From Elusimicrobiota bacterium (GTDB lineage Bacteria > Elusimicrobiota > Elusimicrobia > UBA1565), in the NCBI GenBank assembly GCA_043827405.1, contig JBDRPD010000003.1, positions 32,001-96,000 on the forward strand: DNA of 64,000 nt. The letters are read 5' to 3'. Under the pieces are notes generated by a model. That model saw only the letters and a program-made list of their open reading frames with translations, made no database searches and had not been told where the DNA came from. Numbering within the stretch: the first letter of the stretch is position 1; each line of letters starts with the position of its first letter. The translations under genes and the position numbers were made by a program. Positions 38,274 through 47,595 of this stretch are shown here, in pieces.

Positions 38274-40246
38274 GCGCGCCGCCGCTTCTCATCGGCGCGG
38301 GGCTGCTCTTTTGGGGGTATCAGACCGGGATGCTTATCCCGGCCGCGGGCATGGCGCTGCTGCTGGAAGCGAGCCGGGCGCTGCCTCGCCGCCTTGACCT
38401 TTCGCGGTCGAACTTCCACCGCATGTCGGACCTCTGCGCCCTGATCTTTACCGCCGCGGCGATCTACTCCTATGCCGTCGACGGGGCGTCGGACGCTTTC
38501 CGCATGATCTCGCAGCGCATGCCCATGTTCCTTTTCCCGCTGATCGCGGCGCAGGCCGGCAGCGTCCAGCGGGGGGTGGACGCCAGCACCTTCTTCTGGT
38601 CTTTCCGCAAGCGGCAGCAGGCGCGCGGCCCCCGCAGGTTCGTGGACTTCACGTACCTGTATTTCACGGCCTGTCTCCTTGCCGCCGGCGCCGCCAACCT
38701 GAGGTCGCCGGTGTTTTACGGCGGCATGTTCCTCCTGACCGCTTGGGCGTTGTGGCGCGTTAAACCCGTCCGGACTTCGGCCGCGGCCTGGGGCGCGATG
38801 CTCCTTATCGCCGGCGCGGCGGGATATCAGGGGCAGTTGGGGCTGCATGGGCTGCAGCGGCAGATGGAGCAGGTGGTCGCCAAAGTCGCGATGGGCTTGG
38901 TCGGCGTGCGCAAGAATCCCTTCAAGAGCAGCACCGCCATGGGCACGATCGGGAAGCTCAAGCAGAGCGACAATATCCTGCTCCGGGTGAAAACGCCGGG
39001 CGGCGAGTACCCGCCGGCTTTGCTGCGCAATGCCGCCTACAATAAATATAAAGGAACGTCGTGGTTCGCCGGCAAGGCGAGTTTCAGGGAGCTCGCGCGC
39101 GGTACGCGCGAAACCACATGGGAGATCGCGGCCACTACGCGGGCGGCGAATCGCGTCCGCATCTCGGGCTATCTCCCCGGCGGCGAAGGGGTCCTCGCAC
39201 TGCCGCACGGCGCCTCCCGCATCGACGGCCTATTGGCCTCCGCCGTCAGCGTCAACGATCTCGGTTCGGTCAAAGTGGTGGACGCGCCGGGTCTGGTCGT
39301 CTACGCGGTGAGCTACGGACGCGATGAGGCGCGCGACGGCGCGCCGGACGAGGATGACCTCGCCGTTCCCCCGCATCTGCGCAGGATCCTGGCGCGGATA
39401 TCCGGCGAACTGAGGCTGAGCGCGCAACGCCCTCGCGAGGCCGTGTCCGCGCTGTCCGCCTATTTCTCGGAGGGGTTCCAGTATTCCATCTTCCAAAAGG
39501 AACGCCCGCTCGGCGCGAGTCCGGTGGCGGATTTCCTGGAGCGGACCAAGACCGGCCACTGCGAATTCTTCGCCGCGTCGGCGGCCCTGCTGCTGCGTGC
39601 CGCCGGAATCCCGGCGCGCTACGCGACCGGCTATGCGGTGGAAGAGTTCAGCGCTCTTGAGAACGCCTATGTCGTGCGCCAGCGCCACGCCCATGCCTGG
39701 ACCCGGGTTTATGTCGACGGGAAGTGGCAGGACCTGGATACGACGCCGGCCACATGGAGCGAGGTCGAAAAAGAGGACGTGTCGGCGCTGCAGCCTCTGC
39801 GCGACGCCCTGTCCTGGCTCAAGTTCCGCTTCTCGAAATGGCGCTGGTCCGGCTCCGAGGAAAGGGATGGCTCGCGCGTCGGCTGGATCCTCATCCCGCT
39901 CATCCTGCTCATGGCGTGGCGGGTCTATGCCGCGCTGCGCTCGGCCCGGCTTAAGCGGGAAGAAGAGGAAAACGCCGCCCGTGTCGTCGTCCCCGGGGAG
40001 GACTCGGAGTTCTACGAGATCGAGGATGTTTTAGCGAAGTCCGGCCGCGGCCGCAACTCCTGGGAATCGCCGTCCGGCTGGCTCAAGCGGCTTGAGAATA
40101 CCGAGGGCGGGCTCATCAGGCCGCTGCGCGTTCTTGTGGATCTGCATTACCGCCACCGCTTCGACCCCGAGGGGCTCGACGCGGAAGGCCGCGCGGCACT
40201 GCGCGAGGGGGTGCGGACCTGGCTCGAGGAACAGAAACATGAATGA
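38270..40246 (+). CDS. Membrane transglutaminase-like protein (TgpA-like)
   Basis: N-terminal TMs; triad GHCEFFA / HAW / DLDTTP; AGIPARYATGY. Confidence 0.9.
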   Translation: MSAPPLLIGAGLLFWGYQTGMLIPAAGMALLLEASRALPRRLDLSRSNFHRMSDLCALIFTAAAIYSYAVDGASDAFRMISQRMPMFLFPLIAAQAGSVQRGVDASTFFWSFRKRQQARGPRRFVDFTYLYFTACLLAAGAANLRSPVFYGGMFLLTAWALWRVKPVRTSAAAWGAMLLIAGAAGYQGQLGLHGLQRQMEQVVAKVAMGLVGVRKNPFKSSTAMGTIGKLKQSDNILLRVKTPGGEYPPALLRNAAYNKYKGTSWFAGKASFRELARGTRETTWEIAATTRAANRVRISGYLPGGEGVLALPHGASRIDGLLASAVSVNDLGSVKVVDAPGLVVYAVSYGRDEARDGAPDEDDLAVPPHLRRILARISGELRLSAQRPREAVSALSAYFSEGFQYSIFQKERPLGASPVADFLERTKTGHCEFFAASAALLLRAAGIPARYATGYAVEEFSALENAYVVRQRHAHAWTRVYVDGKWQDLDTTPATWSEVEKEDVSALQPLRDALSWLKFRFSKWRWSGSEERDGSRVGWILIPLILLMAWRVYAALRSARLKREEEENAARVVVPGEDSEFYEIEDVLAKSGRGRNSWESPSGWLKRLENTEGGLIRPLRVLVDLHYRHRFDPEGLDAEGRAALREGVRTWLEEQKHE

Positions 40247-40733
40247 GCCGCCTCAGGCGCCGGAACCCCAAAAGAGGGGGGGTTGCGTAAAAGGCTGTCT
40301 GACCGTTGTGGCGATCGGCGCGGCCTTGTTCGCTTTGTCTGTCTATAGGTTTATGAACCATCCCTCTGGTGTTAGGAACGGGGAAAACGATGTAAGAATA
40401 AATCTGGGCAGTATCCGTACCGCGCTTTCCGTTTATTATGACGACATGGAGGGTGTCTATCCCGCGGACCTGGGGACGGTGGGCGCAAGCCTGTACAATA
40501 AACGCATTCCTCGGATATGGAGCGGCGATGACGTCACCGACAGCTTTTTCCCCGCGCGTAGGCCCGACGTGCCGCATCCTTTCAGCGCCGAAGTTGAGTA
40601 CTTCGACGAGCGCATCCCGCGCGACTCCGGCCGCTGGGGTTATGTCAGCAATCCGACCGACGCGAACTTCGGCACGGTCTTTGTCGACTGCACCCATACC
40701 GACAGCAGAGGCGACTTATGGCATACCTATTGA
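40239..40733 (+). CDS. Pilin/pseudopilin-like protein, paralog 1
   Basis: TM, then NLGSIRTALSVYYDDMEGVYP...DSGRWGY...VFVDCTHTDSRG..WHTY; ATG overlaps the transglutaminase 3' end. Confidence 0.75.
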   Translation: MNEPPQAPEPQKRGGCVKGCLTVVAIGAALFALSVYRFMNHPSGVRNGENDVRINLGSIRTALSVYYDDMEGVYPADLGTVGASLYNKRIPRIWSGDDVTDSFFPARRPDVPHPFSAEVEYFDERIPRDSGRWGYVSNPTDANFGTVFVDCTHTDSRGDLWHTY

Positions 40734-40742
40734 GTAATAGAT

Positions 40743-41234
40743 ATGACTGAACCACCCCCCACGCCGAAACCCCGTAAGAAGAGCGGCTGTCTGAAGGTTC
40801 TAGCGATCGGCGCGGCCCTGTTCGTCTTGTTCATCTACCAGTGGGTGAACAATCCCGCCGGAGTCATGCATGGCGAATCCGATGTTAAAATGAATCTGGG
40901 CAGCATCCGTTCGGCGATATCCATCTACTATGGGGACATGGAGGGACTTTATCCCGCGGACCTGGGGGCGCTGACGGTCGGCGGGAGGTACATCGAGCGC
41001 ATCCCCCGTGTATGGGATAACGACGGCGGCCGCAGCGGCGACAGTCTATTCCCGGCGAGTAAGCCCGCTGTACCGCATCCCCTCAGTGCCGAAGCGGAGT
41101 ACTTCGATGGATTCGTCCCGCGCGACTCGGGACGCTGGGGCTATGTCAATAACCCGGCGAGCAAGGAGTTCGGCGTGGTCTTCGTCGACTGCACCCATAC
41201 CGACAGCAAGGGCACCTCATGGCATACCTACTAG
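40743..41234 (+). CDS. Pilin/pseudopilin-like protein, paralog 2
   Basis: NLGSIRSAISIYYGDMEGLYP...DSGRWGYVNNP...VFVDCTHTDSKG..WHTY. Confidence 0.78.
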   Translation: MTEPPPTPKPRKKSGCLKVLAIGAALFVLFIYQWVNNPAGVMHGESDVKMNLGSIRSAISIYYGDMEGLYPADLGALTVGGRYIERIPRVWDNDGGRSGDSLFPASKPAVPHPLSAEAEYFDGFVPRDSGRWGYVNNPASKEFGVVFVDCTHTDSKGTSWHTY

Positions 41235-41243
41235 GAGCGCATT

Positions 41244-41708
41244 ATGAGTGAAGAACCCAAGAAGGGCTGCCTTTCACAGTTGATCCGTGCCGGCGGCGTT
41301 TTTGTCCTGGTAATCGGCGGCTTTATGGTCTTCAGCTATTCTGTTTTCATGCGGCCGATGCTCAAGAAGCGCGCCGAGGGCCGTGTCAAAGGCAGCCTGG
41401 GGATGATGCGCACCGCGCTCTCGATCTATTATGGAGATAACGAGGAGGTCTATCCTGCGGATTTCCAGGCGCTGCTGCAAAAGCCTGAATGGCTGCGCGA
41501 GATTCCTCAGACCTGGACGGGAGTCGAGGCGCCCAAGGTGAATGTTCCGCATCCCATCAGCCGCGACGTCGAGCAGAAGCCGGACGGAAAGTCCGGCGAC
41601 AGCGGCAAGTGGGGCTATATCAATGATCCCGCCGACGCGAACTTCGGCTTTGTCTTCGTCGACTGCACCCATACCGACAGCCGCGGCAACGCATGGAACA
41701 CTTATTGA
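41244..41708 (+). CDS. Pilin/pseudopilin-like protein, paralog 3
   Basis: EGRVKGSLGMMRTALSIYYGDNEEVYP...DSGKWGY...VFVDCTHTDSRG..WNTY. Confidence 0.78.
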   Translation: MSEEPKKGCLSQLIRAGGVFVLVIGGFMVFSYSVFMRPMLKKRAEGRVKGSLGMMRTALSIYYGDNEEVYPADFQALLQKPEWLREIPQTWTGVEAPKVNVPHPISRDVEQKPDGKSGDSGKWGYINDPADANFGFVFVDCTHTDSRGNAWNTY

Positions 41709-41712
41709 GCTG

Positions 41713-42561
41713 CTACCAGCGGCCCGGATCGTCGGCCAGGCGCCGCAGCGCGCCGAGGGACTGGGAGGTGCGCATCAGGCCCCGGCTCGACTGAAACGGT
41801 TTGACCAGCAGCGGCTCCTTGCCGCCCTGCTGCTTGCGCGTGAGCGGCACGACCGGTTCGCCGCTGCGCCACTGGCCCAGGACCCAGGAGTAGAGGCGGC
41901 GTTCCGCCAGGCGGATGCGCTCGATGTTCTCCCAGCCGAAAGGAAAGCCCGTCTGTACGCTCAGGCCCCGGAGATCGTCGAGGTAAACGACCGGGCTGCC
42001 GCCTTCCTCTGTTCTCCGGACTTTGATGCGCACGCTGCGCAGGAAAGCCATCATGCGCTTGGCCCGCGCGTTGAAGTAGCTGACGTGATCCTGCTCGAAG
42101 ACGAGCGCCGCCTGGCGGCGGCCGAGGATCATCGCCTTCATCCAGAAAGGATTGCCGAGCTCATCGACGCCCGAGAGCGGGGTCGTCAGGTCGACCACGA
42201 AGGCCTCGTCGATCAGGCGCAGCGTCGCGGCGCGCAGGTAGAAGGCGCATTCGCCCTGAAAGCCGGGATCGGCGACGAAGTCGACGGCGCCCCAGCCTTT
42301 CTGCGCGGCGTCGTCGATGATGTCAAAAGCGACGGCGTCCGGAATCTCCCGCAGGTCCACCTTCAGGCGGTAGCTGTTCTTGCCCGTCTTGGCGAAGAAG
42401 TCGGGGGCGCCCCGGAGGACGTCCAGCAGGGCGCTTTGGTCCGTTACCTGAGGCAGCGACGCGCACAGGTCCGGCGGCAGGACGGACTCCTGGGCGAAGC
42501 CGCGCGCAGGAAGCAGCGCCGCGGCCGCCAGCGCTCCCCAGAGAAGGAGCCGAACTCTCAC
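41713..42561 (-). CDS. Hypothetical secreted protein
   Basis: Signal peptide VRVRLLLWGALAAAALLPARGFA; fills the gap; start 42561 or 42585. Confidence 0.7.
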   Translation of the reverse strand: MRVRLLLWGALAAAALLPARGFAQESVLPPDLCASLPQVTDQSALLDVLRGAPDFFAKTGKNSYRLKVDLREIPDAVAFDIIDDAAQKGWGAVDFVADPGFQGECAFYLRAATLRLIDEAFVVDLTTPLSGVDELGNPFWMKAMILGRRQAALVFEQDHVSYFNARAKRMMAFLRSVRIKVRRTEEGGSPVVYLDDLRGLSVQTGFPFGWENIERIRLAERRLYSWVLGQWRSGEPVVPLTRKQQGGKEPLLVKPFQSSRGLMRTSQSLGALRRLADDPGRW

Positions 42562-42724
42562 GTTCCCATTTAAGCATGCGGGCAAAAATTGTTTACGGAG
42601 CGATGGTCCTAGAGGCGGCGCGGCGATGGGCCCGGACGTTTTTCCGGGTTATCGACGACAAATGAGTGAAGAAATTATATGATGGCCTCTCAGTAAATTG
42701 ATTCGTACCGGGAAAGATACCGAT

Positions 42725-44704
42725 ATGCCAAAGACTCCAACGACGTCCCCCGTCCGGAAGCGCAGCGCTCGTCCTTCGATCGGGCGAACCGCCGCCGAGA
42801 TGGGCGCCAGCCAGCGGGAGATTTCCGTCTCCGAGTTCTTTACCAAGAACCGCCATCTCCTGGGCTTCGACAGCCCGCGCAAGGCGCTGCTGACCTGCGT
42901 CAAGGAGGCGGTGGACAACGCGCTCGACGCCAGCGAAGAGGGGGGGATACTTCCCGAGGTCGTCATCAAGGTGGAGGTGGCCGCCGAAGGCGGCGCGCCG
43001 CTTCTGCCTCCCAGCCAGGCGAAGCGCTTTCGGGTCACGGTGATCGACTATGGCCCCGGCATCATTCGTCAGCAGATTCCGCGCATCTTCGCCAAGCTGC
43101 TTTACGGCTCGAAGTTCCACCGCCTGCGCATGAGCCGCGGCCAGCAGGGCATCGGCATCTCGGCCGCCGGCATGTACGGGCAGCTCACTACGGGCAAGCC
43201 GGTGCAGATCATCTCCCGCACCGGAGAGAATAAGCCCGCGCACTACTTCGAGGTTCAGATCAATACCAAGAAGAACGAGCCCCGTATCCTGGAGAAGAAA
43301 GAGATCGAATGGGAGAACCACCGCGGCACCCAGGTCACCATCGAGCTCGAGGGACGCTACCAGAAGGGCCGCGCTTCAATCGACGAATATATCGAGCAGA
43401 CCTCGATCGCCAACCCGCATGTGAAGCTGACCTATATCACGCCGGAAGGCGAGACCAAGGAGTATCCCCGGACTTATCATCAGCTGCCGGAACAGCCGCG
43501 CGAGATCAAGCCGCACCCCTATGGGATCGAGTTCGGCATGCTGCTTAAGATGCTCCACGACACCAAGAGCCACTGGCTCTCCGGCTTCCTCAGCAGCGAC
43601 TTCAGCCGGGTTTCCACGCGGGTCGCCGAGGAGATCTGCGCCAAGGCGGAGCTGACTTCGCGCAAGCGGCCGCGCGATATCCACGGCGTCGACGCCGAGC
43701 GGCTGTACAAAGCGATTCAAGAAACCAAGATTATGGCGCCGCCCACCAACTGCATTGCGCCGATCGGTGAAAAGGCCATCCTCTACGGCCTGTACAAGCA
43801 GATAAAGGGGGATTTTTATACCGCGGTGACCCGGCCGCCGGCGGTCTATCGCGGCAATCCCTTCGTGATCGAGGCGGGTCTTGCCTTCGGCAAGGGCGTG
43901 CAGGAAAACGCGAAAGAAGCGCAGAAAGTGAAGATGCCGCTCGCCGAGGGTGAGGAGGCGGGCAAGGGCGGCGAGCTGGCGCGCGTAATCCGCTATGCCA
44001 ATCGCGTGCCGCTGCTCTACCAGCAGTCGGCCTGCTGCACCTTTAAGTCGGTGCTTGAGATCGTCTGGCGCAACTACGGCCTGTCCCAGTCGCGGGGGGC
44101 GCTGCCCGCCGGCCCCATGGTCATCTTCATCCATATGGCCTCGGTCTGGGTGCCGTTTACCAGCGAGTCCAAGGAGGCGGTCGCCGACTACGACGAGATC
44201 CGCAAGGAGATCAAGCTCGCGGTGCGGGAATGCGGACGGCGGCTCGGCATCTTCCTCAAAAGGAAGGAGCGGGCGAAGAGCGAGTACAAGCGGCGCAATA
44301 TCTTCGACCTATATATTGAGGAAGTCGTCGAGGCCTGCCGGCGGCTCAAGGGCGGCCGCATCCCCGCCGAGCGGCTCAAGAAGGAGCTGCATATGATCGC
44401 CATGAAGCGGACCGGCGGTGAGAAAACCGATGAGCTGCTGGGGACGAGCGGCGGGCCGGAAGGGCTGCCGCATTCCATCATCGTCACGCCGGACGGTCCC
44501 GAGGGCGAGATCCCGGAGACCGGCGAATCCAGCCCTCCCGAGGAGGCGGCTCCTGAGCTTCCGCTGCAGCTGCCCGAGCCGGAGAAAGCGCCGCCCACAG
44601 AGAAGGCGCCGGCTAAGCTGAAGAACCCGGCGAAAAAGAAGATCAAGAAGGCGGCGCCGGCCAAGAAAAAGCCCGCGCCCAAGCCCAAGCGAGCGAAGAA
44701 GTAA
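42725..44704 (+). CDS. top6B: DNA topoisomerase VI subunit B
   Basis: QREISVSEFF.KN, KEAVDNALDA (GHKL), DYGPGI, SRGQQGIGISAA, KPHPYG, RYANRVPLLY, VPFTSESKE. Confidence 0.93.
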   Translation: MPKTPTTSPVRKRSARPSIGRTAAEMGASQREISVSEFFTKNRHLLGFDSPRKALLTCVKEAVDNALDASEEGGILPEVVIKVEVAAEGGAPLLPPSQAKRFRVTVIDYGPGIIRQQIPRIFAKLLYGSKFHRLRMSRGQQGIGISAAGMYGQLTTGKPVQIISRTGENKPAHYFEVQINTKKNEPRILEKKEIEWENHRGTQVTIELEGRYQKGRASIDEYIEQTSIANPHVKLTYITPEGETKEYPRTYHQLPEQPREIKPHPYGIEFGMLLKMLHDTKSHWLSGFLSSDFSRVSTRVAEEICAKAELTSRKRPRDIHGVDAERLYKAIQETKIMAPPTNCIAPIGEKAILYGLYKQIKGDFYTAVTRPPAVYRGNPFVIEAGLAFGKGVQENAKEAQKVKMPLAEGEEAGKGGELARVIRYANRVPLLYQQSACCTFKSVLEIVWRNYGLSQSRGALPAGPMVIFIHMASVWVPFTSESKEAVADYDEIRKEIKLAVRECGRRLGIFLKRKERAKSEYKRRNIFDLYIEEVVEACRRLKGGRIPAERLKKELHMIAMKRTGGEKTDELLGTSGGPEGLPHSIIVTPDGPEGEIPETGESSPPEEAAPELPLQLPEPEKAPPTEKAPAKLKNPAKKKIKKAAPAKKKPAPKPKRAKK

Positions 44705-44712
44705 GAGGCAAT

Positions 44713-45816
44713 ATGGCAAAGACCAAAAGGAGCAGTACCCGGGTCGGCAAGAAGCTCGTCGGGCTGGCGGACATCGTAATCAACGCGGCGGCGCGGAAAA
44801 AGGATCCCACGATCCAAATCCCGGTGCGTTCGCTGTCGAACGTCAAATTCAACGAAAGAACGGGCATTATTGAGATGGGCCGCAACAAGCAGGCCCGCAC
44901 TTTCTTCAACGTCGGCATGGCCAAGAAATTCATGCAGACCATGCTGGTGGCCGACGCGCTCAACGAGCTGCAGAGCTCGGATCTGACGACGTCGCTCAGG
45001 GAAATTTACTACCGCACCAAGCATACCATCAAGGACTCGCACGAGAATACCTTCGACGGCCAGAACGAGTCGGATCCGGTCATCGAAGATCTCGAGGTCG
45101 CCTTGGAGGCGCTGCGCGAGGAGCTGCACGTGCGCGCCGATAACGGCGGCACCGTCGTCGGTCCGCTGACGCTTATCGACGACGGCGATACGGTCGACTG
45201 CACCAAGCTCGGCAAGGGCGGCTACTCCATCCCCTCGATCGTCGAGCCCGAGTACCTGCGGATCAAGAAGTGCACGGCCAATTTTATCCTTTTGGTCGAA
45301 AAAGGCACGCAGTGGAACCGCCTGTCGGAGGATAAGTTCTGGCGAAAGTACAACTGCGTCATGATTACCGGCAACGGCCAGCCGCCGCGCGGCGTGCGGC
45401 GCCTGACCCGGCGCCTCCATGAGGAGAAGAAGCTCCCCGTCTACGTGCTCGTCGATAACGATCCTTGGGGCTACTATATCTACTCGGTCATCAAGCAGGG
45501 CTCGATCAACCTCGCCTTCGAGAGCCAGCGCATGGCCATCCCCAAAGCCAAGTTCATCGGCCTGTCGAGCGTCGACCCCCAGCGCTACGGCCTGCCGCGC
45601 AATGTCGGCATCAAGCTTAACGATAAAGATGTCAACCGCGCCAAAGAGCTGCTGAACTACCCGTGGTTCCAGAAGAAAGAGTGGCAGAAGGAGATCAAGC
45701 ACATGCTCTCCTCCGGCCTCAAGTATGAGCTCGACGCGCTGGCCAACAAGGACTTCCAGTTTCTGACCAAGCAGTACCTGCCCAAGAAGCTCAAGGACCG
45801 GGACTGGCTGGACTAG
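44713..45816 (+). CDS. top6A: DNA topoisomerase VI subunit A (Spo11-like)
   Basis: LREIYY (catalytic Tyr), Q.ESD, TOPRIM VEK, GQP, DNDPWG, K.ELDAL. Confidence 0.93.
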   Translation: MAKTKRSSTRVGKKLVGLADIVINAAARKKDPTIQIPVRSLSNVKFNERTGIIEMGRNKQARTFFNVGMAKKFMQTMLVADALNELQSSDLTTSLREIYYRTKHTIKDSHENTFDGQNESDPVIEDLEVALEALREELHVRADNGGTVVGPLTLIDDGDTVDCTKLGKGGYSIPSIVEPEYLRIKKCTANFILLVEKGTQWNRLSEDKFWRKYNCVMITGNGQPPRGVRRLTRRLHEEKKLPVYVLVDNDPWGYYIYSVIKQGSINLAFESQRMAIPKAKFIGLSSVDPQRYGLPRNVGIKLNDKDVNRAKELLNYPWFQKKEWQKEIKHMLSSGLKYELDALANKDFQFLTKQYLPKKLKDRDWLD

Positions 45817-45853
45817 AGCGTATAGGCTGAGTTTTACACTAGTGAAGCTCTGT

Positions 45854-45876
45854 GCCGGCCGAAGTCATCGGCCGGC
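45854..45876. terminator. Hairpin between convergent top6A and YgiQ genes
   Basis: GCCGGCCGA-agtca-TCGGCCGGC, 9-bp stem; no clear U-tract. Confidence 0.45.
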
Positions 45877-45886
45877 CTAAGGCGGA

Positions 45887-47590
45887 TTACTTCCTTTTTT
45901 CGCGGGGCGGCAGGCAGACGGCGTCTTTCTGCCGCTCCTTGCCCGCCGCGCCGCGCTCGACGAATACCTCTGCGCCGGTGAAGGGATCCCGTCCGGTATA
46001 GTACATGAGCGTCGAATAGGTCGACGGCGTGGGGGTGAATATCTGCACCTGCTCGGGGCGCAGGCGCAGCTTTTCCCGGGTGAAGCGTTCGAGCTTCGCC
46101 ATATCCTCTATCGTGCACCCCGGATGCGCGGCGATGAAGTAGTAGGTGAGAAACTGCTTCTTGCCGGCCTCTTTATTCGCCTGCGCGAACAGCCGGCGGA
46201 AGCGCTCGAGGTTTTCGCCGTCGGGCTTGCCCATCAATGCCAGCACCCGGCGGTCGCAGTGCTCCGGCGCGATCTTCAGCTGGCCTGAAACATGGTGCGC
46301 CGCCAGGTCTTTTAGAAAGCGCGTTCCAGATTCGCCCGCCTCCAGCAGCAGGTCGTAGCGGATGCCCGAGGCGACGAACACCTTCTTGACGCCGGGGATT
46401 TGCCGCAAGCGCGCCAGAAGCTCCGTGTAGCGTGCGTGGTCGCGGCGCAGGGCTTTGCAGGCGCCGGGAAACAGGCAGCGCTTGTCATCGCACAGCGCCT
46501 GGTCCGGCCGGGCCCCGCAATCGGTGCCGTACATGTTGGCCGTCGGCCCGCCGGCATCGGCGATGACGCCCTTGAACGCCGGATGGCGCGCGATCGCTTC
46601 CGCTTCCCGGACGATGGAGTCCTCGCTGCGGGAGATCACGCGGCGCCCCTGATGCGAGGCGATGGCGCAGAAGCTGCATTCCGCGTAGCAGCCTCGATGG
46701 GTGGTGATGGAGAAGCGGATGGTCTCGAGCGCGCGGATTTCGCCGCCCCGCCGGCAGCGCGGATGCGCATCGCGCTCGTAGGGCAGGCCGTAGGCATAGT
46801 CGAGCTCCGCGGAGGTGGGGTGCGGGGCGGGCGGGTTATGGATGAGCCAGCGGCCGCCGTGACGCTGCGTCAGGCCGCGTACGTGATGGGGGTCGCCGCC
46901 GCGGTAGAAGGCATGGAACATCGCTTCGAACGTTTTCTTGTCCGCCGCGGTTTCTTCATAGGAAGGCAGTTCCAGAAAGCCGTCCTTCGGAGCTTTCGCG
47001 ATATAGCAGAGGCCCCGGATGCCGGAGGGGTCCTCCTTGTTCTGTAAGGCCTGCGCCAGCCGCAGGGCGGTCATCTCGCCCATGCCGTAGACGAGGTAGT
47101 CGGCTTTCGCGTCAAACAGGATCGAGCGGCGCAGGCGGTCGCTCCAGAAATCGTAATGCGCCGTTCGCCGCAGGCTCGCTTCGATCCCGCCCAGTACGAC
47201 GGGCGCCGTGTTCTTGCAGGCGCGGCGGATCAGGTTCGTGTAGGCGATGCAGGCCCGGTCGGGCCGCCGGTCGTTTTTGCCGCCGGGGGTGAGATCGTCC
47301 TGCCGCCGCCGGCGGCCGGAAGCGGTGCGGTTGGATACCAAAGAGTCCATGCAGCCGGCGGTGACGCCCCAGAATAGTGCGGGTTCGCCGAGGCGCATGA
47401 TATCGGCGGTGCTTCCGGTTTCGGGCTGGGCGATAATTCCGACCCGGAAGCCGTGATCCAGAAGGACGCGCCCGACCACGGCCGTGCCGATAAAGGGGCT
47501 GTCGATATAGGCGTCGCCCGTGACCAGAATGACGTCGAGCCGGTCCCAGCCGCGGGCTGCGGCTTCTTCGCGGGTGGCGGGCAGAAACAT
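45887..47590 (-). CDS. YgiQ-family radical SAM protein
   Basis: MFLP.T, VTGDAYID, GGIEASLRR, HRGCYAECSFC, GGPTANMYG, LKIAPEH, YFIAAHPG, QVQIFTPTP. Confidence 0.93.
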   Translation of the reverse strand: MFLPATREEAAARGWDRLDVILVTGDAYIDSPFIGTAVVGRVLLDHGFRVGIIAQPETGSTADIMRLGEPALFWGVTAGCMDSLVSNRTASGRRRRQDDLTPGGKNDRRPDRACIAYTNLIRRACKNTAPVVLGGIEASLRRTAHYDFWSDRLRRSILFDAKADYLVYGMGEMTALRLAQALQNKEDPSGIRGLCYIAKAPKDGFLELPSYEETAADKKTFEAMFHAFYRGGDPHHVRGLTQRHGGRWLIHNPPAPHPTSAELDYAYGLPYERDAHPRCRRGGEIRALETIRFSITTHRGCYAECSFCAIASHQGRRVISRSEDSIVREAEAIARHPAFKGVIADAGGPTANMYGTDCGARPDQALCDDKRCLFPGACKALRRDHARYTELLARLRQIPGVKKVFVASGIRYDLLLEAGESGTRFLKDLAAHHVSGQLKIAPEHCDRRVLALMGKPDGENLERFRRLFAQANKEAGKKQFLTYYFIAAHPGCTIEDMAKLERFTREKLRLRPEQVQIFTPTPSTYSTLMYYTGRDPFTGAEVFVERGAAGKERQKDAVCLPPREKRK

Positions 47591-47595
47591 GCGCG

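Noticed and set aside
42725..45816. Topo VI-like genes as an anti-plasmid defence system (Wadjet JetD or Topo VIII)
   Set aside because: Canonical separate Top6B and Top6A motifs, with no SMC/jetABC neighbours
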